NCBI GenBank assembly: GCA_016278725.1
Contig: JADQBG010000010.1
Coordinates: 35,984-99,983, forward strand
Direction of reading: 5' to 3'
Length of the DNA: 64,000 nt
Origin: Actinomycetota bacterium
Lineage (GTDB): Bacteria > Actinomycetota > Thermoleophilia > RBG-16-64-13
Positions 8,868 to 16,080 of the stretch are shown here, in pieces. The notes below the pieces were generated by a model that saw nothing but the letters and a program-made list of their open reading frames with translations, ran no database searches and was not told the DNA's origin. Each line of letters opens with the position of its first letter. Position 1 is the stretch's first letter. The position numbers and the translations under genes are program-made.

Positions 8868-9588
8868 TAAAACGCTCCTTCCAAAACAAAACCCTCAGAC
8901 GGAGCATCCCGAAAATCGCCCTGGGAATGCGCCGGAATATGCTCAGACGGGGCTTCCGCTTCTCCTCGACCACCACCGGGATGGCCCGCACCTCAATGCC
9001 GCCCCGCCGGGCGCGCAGCACGAGTTCGGTGTCGAACAGGTCCTTGGTCATCACAGTGCGGGGAAGGAAGCGGTCGACGACGTCCCGCCGGACCACCTTC
9101 ATCCCATGCGTGTCGTCGATTTTACGATCGAAGAGTATACGCAGGAACGCGGTGAAGACCCAGCTGACCCGGCGGCGAAACCAGGAGCGCCGGTCCTCGG
9201 AACCAACGATCAGCTTGCTGCCCACGACGATGCCGTAGTCATCGAGAAAGCGCTCGGCCCGCACCATGAAATCGACGTCGTAGAAATCGATGTCGAAGTT
9301 CACAACCGCCCGGCCTTCCGCCGCGCCAAAGCCGGCACGCATAGCTGCGCCGTAGTCGGGAATCGGCAGGTGGAGCGGACGGATGCGAGGATTATCGGCC
9401 GCCAGCCGCTTGGCCACCTCGACCGTCGCGTCGGTGCTGCCGTTCTCGGCGAGGATCAGTTCGTATTCGAGTCCCCGCGCCTCCACTTCACCGAGCAGCT
9501 CCGCCACCTCGGCCTCCAAGCAGTCGGCCTCGTTATGGATGGGGATGACGATCGAGAAACGGGGAGCGGCGGCCAAGAACGGGCTCAC
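8848..9588 (-). CDS. GT2-family polyprenyl-phosphate sugar synthase (GtrB/DPM1-like)
   Basis: FSIVIPIHNEADCLEAEVAELL ... LILAENGSTDAT ... DxD-type motifs of the GT-A fold. The GTG start at 9588 forms GTGA with the GtrA stop; the long upstream extension in the ORF track (to 10038) overlaps gtrA and is rejected. Confidence 0.8.
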   Translation of the reverse strand: MSPFLAAAPRFSIVIPIHNEADCLEAEVAELLGEVEARGLEYELILAENGSTDATVEVAKRLAADNPRIRPLHLPIPDYGAAMRAGFGAAEGRAVVNFDIDFYDVDFMVRAERFLDDYGIVVGSKLIVGSEDRRSWFRRRVSWVFTAFLRILFDRKIDDTHGMKVVRRDVVDRFLPRTVMTKDLFDTELVLRARRGGIEVRAIPVVVEEKRKPRLSIFRRIPRAIFGMLRLRVLFWKERFIGAGRE

Positions 9589-10091
9589 GCGCCCGCCTCG
9601 GAGTGATGCGAGCGGAAGGCGAAGACGCGGTAGCCGACGAAGTTCCAGGCCATCGAGATCGCCGAGGCGCCTGCCTTCTGCAGGTTGATGGCCAGGAAGG
9701 AATCGCCGCCGAAGAGGCGGTTGAGCGTGAGAATGCCCAGGTCGTTCAGGAGGAGCGCCGAGAGACTGACCAACATGAAGGCCACGAGTTCTTGGCGCCA
9801 GCGCTTCGAGCCGCCGGCGCTGAAGGTCCAGTGCTTGTTCCAGACGAAACTGTTGGCCACCCCGCCGGTGTACGAGAGCGTGTTCGCGAGCAGCAGAGGC
9901 AGCCCGGCCACGTGAAAAAGCAGGTTGAGCAGGACGAAATCGACGGCCGTATTTAGAAACCCCACAATCCCGAAGCGCACGACCTGCCCGGCCAGGCGCT
10001 GCCGGTGAAGAAAGTGGGGGACAAAGCGGTGGCGCCAATGCCGAGCCGAGCCCACGGAATCAATCTTCAGCTGTTCTCTCGTCTGGTGCAC
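9585..10091 (-). CDS. GtrA-family membrane protein (flippase-like)
   Basis: 168 aa with 4 TM helices and a GtrA signature (RFGIVGFLNTAVDFVLLNLL ... WNFVGYRVFAF). Confidence 0.75.
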   Translation of the reverse strand: MHQTREQLKIDSVGSARHWRHRFVPHFLHRQRLAGQVVRFGIVGFLNTAVDFVLLNLLFHVAGLPLLLANTLSYTGGVANSFVWNKHWTFSAGGSKRWRQELVAFMLVSLSALLLNDLGILTLNRLFGGDSFLAINLQKAGASAISMAWNFVGYRVFAFRSHHSEAGA

Positions 10092-10355
10092 CCGAATGTC
10101 TATACGCTCCAGGAGGCGGTCTTTGCTGCGCTCTCGCGGCGGGTAATCCTACCATCGCGCACCTCCAAAGAGGTCCAGTATCCGATTAGAAGGAATCTAA
10201 TTGCTAGCGAAGGGCCGCTGTCGTAAGATGGCAGGAGTGCTCCAGAAGGAGAGCAAGGATCGACGGCGTACTCCAAGGACACTGCCACGACTGCCATACC
10301 GTCGATGATCACCTTTGTTAGGGAGGAAAATTGCGGAGAAGGGAGAGGGGGTGAA

Positions 10356-10796
10356 ATGAAAAAATACCTGACCATCACCGCCATGCTCGTGGTCGTCGCC
10401 GCTCTCGCGCTTACAGTGAGTCTAGCGACCGACGCTGATGCATTTTCCCGCTACACGACCGAGCTTGGCGTACCGTGCGGCACTTGCCACATCGATCCAG
10501 ATGGAGCCGGACCGCTGACCGCAACGGGTGAGTTCTTCCTGCAGAATGGTGTGCTCCCGACCACAACGACCGCTGGGGAGACCACCACGACCACGGTTGG
10601 CGAGACCACCACCACCGAGGGTGGGGCAACCACCACCACGGCCGGTGAGACCACCACCACGGGCGGCACCACGTCTTCCACGACGCCGCCGACCAGCCTG
10701 AGCACCACGAGCACGTCCCCGCCGACCACGTCGGCGCCGACGGGAGGAACGACCTCCACGACCCTGCGTCGTGCGACTCCTCGGTTCACGGGCTAA
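10356..10796 (+). CDS. Small secreted protein with a single CXXCH heme-c motif and a Thr-rich repeat tail
   Basis: Starts at MKKYLTITAMLVVVAALALTVSLA (signal peptide), preceded by an AGGGAGG-like SD. Contains VPCGTCHIDPDG (CXXCH), then (G/A)ETTTTT-type repeats encoded by imperfect ~24-nt tandem DNA repeats (10560-10680). Confidence 0.55.
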   Translation: MKKYLTITAMLVVVAALALTVSLATDADAFSRYTTELGVPCGTCHIDPDGAGPLTATGEFFLQNGVLPTTTTAGETTTTTVGETTTTEGGATTTTAGETTTTGGTTSSTTPPTSLSTTSTSPPTTSAPTGGTTSTTLRRATPRFTG

Positions 10797-10826
10797 TCTG
10801 ATTGCTCCCTAACCGGAGAATCACCA

Positions 10827-10862
10827 GAGACGCCGGGACCTTCCCGGCGTCTCTTCTTTTTT
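10827..10862 (+). terminator. Rho-independent terminator
   Basis: GAGACGCCGGG-ACCUU-CCCGGCGUCUC hairpin (11-bp stem) followed by UUCUUUUUUG, 30 nt after the stop of the CXXCH protein gene. Confidence 0.8.
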
Positions 10863-10880
10863 GTATCGCCCTCTCGCGCC

Positions 10881-10891
10881 GGTGGTAGAAT
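10881..10891 (+). promoter_or_regulatory. Extended -10 promoter element (TGGTAGAAT) for a leaderless L,D-transpeptidase mRNA
   Basis: TGGTAGAAT at 10883-10891, ending 9 nt upstream of the ATG at 10901 with no SD. The identical 9-mer recurs at 20419-20427 upstream of the cysteine desulfurase-like gene. Confidence 0.5.
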
Positions 10892-10900
10892 CCGCCGCTA

Positions 10901-11731
10901 ATGGGAGAGAAGACGTCGAACAACTCGATTCTGCTCGCCGGCAAATTGCTGTTGGGACTCGGGCTGATGGCGGTAGTCATCATGTTGATCGCCTCGGGCG
11001 ACGAGGCCGAGACCGGCACCATGTCGGTACAGAGCACGCAGGCTGCCGAGGTCGGCGAAGCCCCCACGGTATCGGTGGACGACAGAACCGTCTTCGAAAA
11101 GGCCACCGACGCCGGAGCAAGCCTGGCGGTTGAAGCGGCAGTGGACCCCCTCGAGGTGCGCGCGGAGCCAAACGCCGCCGCGGAGATCCTCGAAACCTTT
11201 CCCCAATACGATGATCTGGGCAGCATGACCACCTTCCGCACCTTTGACGAAACCACGGACGCCGAGGGACTCACCTGGTACCGCGTGCAACTGCCGGTCC
11301 GGCCCAACGGCACCTCCGGCTGGGTCGAGGCGAGCAAGGTCAGGGCGTTCGAAATTCCTTATCGGGTGGAGATCGACATCTCTGACTTCCAGTTGAACGT
11401 GCTCGAGTACGGTAAGCCTTTCAAGAGTTACCCCATCGGACTGGGTAAGGCGGACACTCCCACCCCCATGGGCGAATACTATGTGGTCATCAAGATGCTC
11501 AGCGAAGACCCCGAAGGCGTCTACGGAGCGATGGCCATGGGGGTCAGCGCGTTCTCCGAAAAGCTCACCGACTGGCCCGGTGGCGGGCAAGTGGGCATCC
11601 ACGGAACCAACGATCCCGAGGGCAGCATCGGCAAACGTGTCAGCCACGGCTGCATCCGCCTACGGGACGCCGACATCATGGAACTGACCAACTACGCGCC
11701 GCTCGGGACCCCGGTCCTCATACGCGAGTAG
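10901..11731 (+). CDS. L,D-transpeptidase (YkuD domain) with N-terminal TM anchor
   Basis: C-terminal YkuD catalytic motif (HGTNDP ... SHGCIRLRDADI). N-terminal membrane anchor and an extracytoplasmic linker. Confidence 0.8.
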   Translation: MGEKTSNNSILLAGKLLLGLGLMAVVIMLIASGDEAETGTMSVQSTQAAEVGEAPTVSVDDRTVFEKATDAGASLAVEAAVDPLEVRAEPNAAAEILETFPQYDDLGSMTTFRTFDETTDAEGLTWYRVQLPVRPNGTSGWVEASKVRAFEIPYRVEIDISDFQLNVLEYGKPFKSYPIGLGKADTPTPMGEYYVVIKMLSEDPEGVYGAMAMGVSAFSEKLTDWPGGGQVGIHGTNDPEGSIGKRVSHGCIRLRDADIMELTNYAPLGTPVLIRE

Positions 11732-11751
11732 TTCTCGGCCGGAGCGGATGA

Positions 11752-13158
11752 ATGCCGACCGTCGCCTTCCACACCCTTGGCTGCAAGCTCAACCAGTGCG
11801 AGACCGCCCAGATGGAAGAAGCGCTGCTGACCCAGGGTTTCCGAGTGGTTCCCTGGAATCAGACCGCTGCGGTGCGGGTGCTCAACACCTGCACGGTCAC
11901 CTCCAAAACCGATCGTGAGTGCCGCCGCCTGATCCGCCGCGCCAAGCGGTCGGATCCCTCCAGCCGGATGGTGGTGACCGGCTGCTACGCGCAAGTGGCG
12001 CCCGACCGAGTGGCTGCGATTCCCGAGGTCGACCTGGTGCTGGGGAACGCGGATAAATTCCGGCTGGCCGAGCATCTGGCCGGTCTCCATGCTTCGGCGG
12101 ATGCCGGCAACACCGCTTTCACGGTCTCCGCGGCGAGGGACGCCGCCCTGATCGGCACCCCACCCACGGGCGCCCCACCCACCGGGGCCGCGCTCACGCG
12201 GGTGACTTCCTACGCCTCCGCCAAGGCGCTCGCGGGAGGAACCGAGGGCGACTTCATCACCCACTTCTCCGGCTATACCCGAGCTTTTCTCAAGATCCAG
12301 AACGGTTGTGATGCGGGGTGCAGCTACTGCATAATTCCGGCTGCGCGGGGACCTTCCCGCAGCATGCCGCCGTCCCGGGTGCTCGAGCAGGTGCAGCTCC
12401 TGGGGGATCGGGGCTACCGCGAAGTGGTGCTGACCGGTATCCATATCGGGGCCTGGGGCAGGGACCTGGGCACCGGAGACACGCTCGCGGATCTTCTCAC
12501 GCAGCTTCCCGCCATCGAGTCGGTTAGTCGTTTTCGCTTGAGCTCGATCGAGCCCATGGAATTGGACGAACGGGTGCTCCATGCGATTTCCGCCGCCGGC
12601 CGCCGCTTCGCCGACCACTTCCACCTCCCCCTGCAGAGCGGCTCTGACAGGGTGCTGCGCAGCATGAACCGCCCCTATACTGCGAGCGCCTACATGGCCC
12701 GGGTGAGTCAGGTGAGAAGCGCGTTCCCGGAGGCAGCTCTGGGCGCCGACGTCATCGTGGGCTTTCCCGGCGAGACCGACGAGGAGTTCGAGGAAACCTA
12801 CACCCTGGTGGCGAACTCCCCGCTCACCTACCTGCACGTATTCGCCTACAGCGACCGGCCGGGAACCCGGGCTTCGGCGATGAAGGGCAAGGTCGGCCCC
12901 GAGATCATCCACGAGCGCAGCCACCGGCTGCGGGAACTCGGGGAGCGGAAGAACCGCGCGTTTCAAGAGGCCTTTCGCGGCCGGGTCCTCGAAGCTCTGG
13001 TCCTTCAAAGGCAGGATGAGGAAGACCGCCTGCTCGCGTTAACGGGAAACTACCTCCGGGTCTCCGTGCCGGGGGACCGGAGTGTGATCAACCGGCTGGT
13101 CCCGGTCAAACTGCTGGAGCCCTCTGGGGAAGGCTGGGGCGGAGAGATCGTGGAATGA
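11752..13158 (+). CDS. mtaB: Radical-SAM methylthiotransferase, MtaB-like (tRNA ms2t6A/ms2i6A family) with TRAM domain
   Basis: N-terminal MTTase Cys triad (HTLGCKLNQCE ... NTCTV ... TGC), radical-SAM CxxxCxxC (GCDAGCSYC), and C-terminal TRAM. Contains an unusual PPTGAPPTGA insertion (DNA direct repeat ~12160-12195). Confidence 0.7.
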   Translation: MPTVAFHTLGCKLNQCETAQMEEALLTQGFRVVPWNQTAAVRVLNTCTVTSKTDRECRRLIRRAKRSDPSSRMVVTGCYAQVAPDRVAAIPEVDLVLGNADKFRLAEHLAGLHASADAGNTAFTVSAARDAALIGTPPTGAPPTGAALTRVTSYASAKALAGGTEGDFITHFSGYTRAFLKIQNGCDAGCSYCIIPAARGPSRSMPPSRVLEQVQLLGDRGYREVVLTGIHIGAWGRDLGTGDTLADLLTQLPAIESVSRFRLSSIEPMELDERVLHAISAAGRRFADHFHLPLQSGSDRVLRSMNRPYTASAYMARVSQVRSAFPEAALGADVIVGFPGETDEEFEETYTLVANSPLTYLHVFAYSDRPGTRASAMKGKVGPEIIHERSHRLRELGERKNRAFQEAFRGRVLEALVLQRQDEEDRLLALTGNYLRVSVPGDRSVINRLVPVKLLEPSGEGWGGEIVE

Positions 13159-13165
13159 GGCGGCC

Positions 13166-13612
13166 GTGAGACTACTGGTACAGCGCGTCCTGGAGGCGGC
13201 GGTAGCCGTGGAAGGCCGGCCGCTTGGTAAAGTGGGACAAGGCTTCGTCGTATTCGTCGGAGTCACCCACGGCGATACCGTGGAGCAGGCCCGCAGACTC
13301 GCCCGCAAGCTCGCGGAACTCCGGGTTTTTGCCGATTCAGCGGGCAAGACGAATCTGTCCATCCAGGATGTCCAGGGGAGCGCGCTCGTGGTCAGCCAGT
13401 TCACCCTATACGCCGACACCCGCCGCGGCCGGCGGCCTTCGTTTACCGGGGCGGCCGCCCCGGAGCCGGCCCAGGCCCTGGTCGAGAGCTTCCGCCAGGC
13501 GCTGGAGAGCGAGGGAGTGCTCACGGCATCAGGCGAGTTCGGAGCCGACATGCAGGTGGCCCTGGTGAACGACGGCCCGTTCACCTTGATGCTCGAAAGC
13601 GAGGCTCAGTGA
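13166..13612 (+). CDS. dtd: D-aminoacyl-tRNA deacylase
   Basis: 148 aa, MRLLVQRV ... SQFTLYAD ... GPFTLMLE, the canonical Dtd blocks. GTG start. Confidence 0.85.
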   Translation: MRLLVQRVLEAAVAVEGRPLGKVGQGFVVFVGVTHGDTVEQARRLARKLAELRVFADSAGKTNLSIQDVQGSALVVSQFTLYADTRRGRRPSFTGAAAPEPAQALVESFRQALESEGVLTASGEFGADMQVALVNDGPFTLMLESEAQ

Positions 13613-14160
13613 CCACCGAGCCGAAAAGCGGCGGGTGGGGTCTGGGCCGCTTCCTTCGCTTTGCCCTGCGGGAGATCCTGATTCCCCTCACGCTGGCCAT
13701 TGTCCTCGCCCTGTTCATCCAGGCAACGGTGGCCAAGCCTTACGAAATCCCCACCGGTTCGATGATGCCCACCATTCGGCCGGCAGAGCGGGTGCTCGCC
13801 AACCGCTTCATCTACCACTTCCAGGACGTGGAGCGCGGCGACATCATCGTCTTCCACCCGCCGGCCCGGCTCAACTCATCCGTGCCTTTCGTCAAGAGAG
13901 TGGTCGGATTGCCCGGAGACCTGATCGAGGTGCGTGAGGGTCAGGTGCTGGTCAACGGCGAGCCCTTCGAGGTGGAAGGCGCCACCGTGCCCGAATACGG
14001 CTATCCCGCGAGGCGCGTGCCGGACGACAAGCTTTTCGTGCTCGGGGACAATCGGAACAACAGCGTCGACAGCCATGAGTGGGATTTTCTCCCCCTGAAT
14101 TCGGTGATCGGCGAGGTCTTCATGACCTACTGGCCGCCCAACCGCATCCGTTTCCTCTAG
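13609..14160 (+). CDS. lepB: Signal peptidase I
   Basis: GSMMPTI (Ser box), VKRVVGLPGD (Lys box), and GDNRNNSVDSHEW (box E). The GTG start overlaps the dtd stop (GTGA). Confidence 0.85.
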   Translation: MTTEPKSGGWGLGRFLRFALREILIPLTLAIVLALFIQATVAKPYEIPTGSMMPTIRPAERVLANRFIYHFQDVERGDIIVFHPPARLNSSVPFVKRVVGLPGDLIEVREGQVLVNGEPFEVEGATVPEYGYPARRVPDDKLFVLGDNRNNSVDSHEWDFLPLNSVIGEVFMTYWPPNRIRFL

Positions 14161-14180
14161 GACTCGAGACCACCCGAGAG

Positions 14181-14990
14181 ATGCCCGGCTTGAGACTGCC
14201 CGACTACCACACGCACACCGAGCGCTGCGGCCACGCCCGGGGCCGGGCCGAAGACTATGTCGCCGCGGCGCGGGCTCGGGGCCTGAGCGCCGTGGGGATC
14301 GCGGACCACCTGCCTCTCGCGCACGACCCCGACCCCGATCCCACGCTGGCCATGCCTCTGGCCGAACTCGATGCCTACCTGGCCGAGGTCGATGCGCTGA
14401 AGGCGGAACATCCCGGTTTTGTTCTAATCGGCGTCGAGGCCGACTATCTGCCGGCGAGCCTCGAGGTCACCGCGGAACTGCTCGGCCGTCTGCCCCTGGA
14501 CTACGTCATCGGCTCGGTCCATTTTCTGGACGGATGGGGCTTCGATGACCCCCGTTACGTCGAGGAGTACGAGCGTCGCTCGATGGACGAGGTCTATCGT
14601 CAGTACCTTCGCCTGGTGGGCGACGCTGCGGAGACCGGCCTGTTCGACATCATCGGCCACCTCGACCTGGTGAAGAAGTTCGGACACCGGGCCTCGGCCG
14701 ACATGACCTCGGAATGGGAGGAGCTCGCGGCGCGCCTGAAGCGGGCCGGAGTCACCGTCGAGCTGAACACCGCCGGACTGCGCAAGCCGGTGGGCGAGCT
14801 CTACCCCGCGCCCGATGTGCTGCAGATACTGGGCCGCTTTGGCGTTCCCCTTACCTTTGGCTCCGACGCCCACTGCCCTGAGGCCGTGGGCCGCGACTTC
14901 GACCAAGCGGTGGCCGCAGCCAGAACCGCCGGTTACCGGACCTACGTCGAGATCGGCCCCGAAGGCTTCAGCGAGCATCCCCTTCCGTGA
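14181..14990 (+). CDS. PHP-family histidinol-phosphatase-like phosphoesterase
   Basis: DYHTHTERCGHA ... GIADH ... SVHF ... IGHLDL ... SDAH metal-binding motifs of the PHP fold. The start is taken at MPGLRLPDYHTHT (14181) rather than the upstream ORF-track start that overlaps lepB. Confidence 0.7.
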   Translation: MPGLRLPDYHTHTERCGHARGRAEDYVAAARARGLSAVGIADHLPLAHDPDPDPTLAMPLAELDAYLAEVDALKAEHPGFVLIGVEADYLPASLEVTAELLGRLPLDYVIGSVHFLDGWGFDDPRYVEEYERRSMDEVYRQYLRLVGDAAETGLFDIIGHLDLVKKFGHRASADMTSEWEELAARLKRAGVTVELNTAGLRKPVGELYPAPDVLQILGRFGVPLTFGSDAHCPEAVGRDFDQAVAAARTAGYRTYVEIGPEGFSEHPLP

Positions 14991-15012
14991 ACATCGGGGG
15001 GGAGCGGCGCGC

Positions 15013-16080
15013 ATGAGGGTGGGCGTCATCTACAACCCGATCGCGGGCGGGGGCCACCGTGCCCGCGTCGCCACCGGGGTGGAGGAGTGCCTGAGCGCGC
15101 GCGGTTTCGAAGTGATCTGCGCAGAAACCCACCGCCCCGGTGACGCCACCCGCCTTGCCCGGCAACTCTCGCCCCAGGTGGACGCGTTGGTCGCGGTCGG
15201 TGGCGACGGCACCGTCAACGAGACCATCAACGGGCTGACCGGACCGGTCCCGCTGGGAATCGTCCCGGCCGGAACGGCCAACGTGCTCGCCCTGGAACTC
15301 CACCTTCCCCGGAGCATCAAGGGAGCCTGCCGCGTGATCGCGGAAGGCAACAAACGCACCCTCGATCTCGGCCGGGCCAACGGACGCCGTTTCGTGTTGA
15401 TGGCGGGCGCCGGCCTCGACGCGCTCACCATCCGCGAACTCGATCCCGAGGCCAAGAGACGGTTCAAGCATCTGGCCTTCGTCGCCGGCGGGCTGCGCAG
15501 CTACCACCGCCACCACGCCCGCCGCTTCCCGGCGGTCATCGACGGAGAACGTCACGAAGCCACCTTCGCCGTGGTGGGCAACAGCCGTTTCTATGGGGGG
15601 CGCTTTGGCTTGACTCCCAGGGCCGATCCGGCCGACGGGCTGTTGGACGTGCTGCTTTTCGACGGCGAAAGCACGCTGAGCACGGTGGCGTTCTGGCTGG
15701 GAACGCCCCTACACCAGCACCTGCACCATCCGCGGGTCACCTATCTTCGGGGGGCGGAGATTCTGCTGGGCGATCCGCTGGAAGCGATGGGCGGCGCGGC
15801 GCAGGCAGTCGCGCCCCCCGACGCGGAGCCCGGGGCCCCCGATGAGTGCGAAGCGGCCGGCGACCCCGAGCCGGCCGGCGCGGCCGAGGCCGGTCCCGCC
15901 GAGTCCAAGGCGGGCGAGGGGCCCGATGCCGACCCTCGGGCGGTCAGCGAACTCGAACCGGTCTGGTATCAGACCGACGGCGAGGTCGCCGGCAGCCTGC
16001 CGGTCCGCCTCGGCGTGGAACCGCAGGCGCTCGAGATCTTCGTCCCCCGGGCCCGCCCGGCCCGTCTTTTCCCGGGTTAG
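15013..16080 (+). CDS. Diacylglycerol/lipid kinase catalytic-domain protein (DAGK_cat, YegS-like) with acidic Pro/Ala/Glu-rich C-terminal tail
   Basis: MRVGVIYNPIAGGG ... AVGGDGTVNE ... GIVPAGTANVLA, the DAGK catalytic motifs. ATG at 15013. The 3' end overlaps the convergent ileS stop. Confidence 0.75.
   Translation: MRVGVIYNPIAGGGHRARVATGVEECLSARGFEVICAETHRPGDATRLARQLSPQVDALVAVGGDGTVNETINGLTGPVPLGIVPAGTANVLALELHLPRSIKGACRVIAEGNKRTLDLGRANGRRFVLMAGAGLDALTIRELDPEAKRRFKHLAFVAGGLRSYHRHHARRFPAVIDGERHEATFAVVGNSRFYGGRFGLTPRADPADGLLDVLLFDGESTLSTVAFWLGTPLHQHLHHPRVTYLRGAEILLGDPLEAMGGAAQAVAPPDAEPGAPDECEAAGDPEPAGAAEAGPAESKAGEGPDADPRAVSELEPVWYQTDGEVAGSLPVRLGVEPQALEIFVPRARPARLFPG

Noticed and set aside
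8848-10038. 396-aa ORF-track version of the GT2 gene extending across gtrA
   Set aside because: The upstream 150 aa are Arg/Pro-rich and overlap the well-supported gtrA in another frame. GT2 homology begins at the GTG (9588) that overlaps the gtrA stop.
10005-10226. 73-aa ORF downstream of gtrA start region
   Set aside because: Overlaps the gtrA 5' end on the opposite strand and has no SD or family resemblance.
10560-10680. Possible CRISPR-like repeat array
   Set aside because: The repeats are imperfect, contiguous without spacers, in-frame and encode the Thr-rich tail of a secreted protein. No cas genes.
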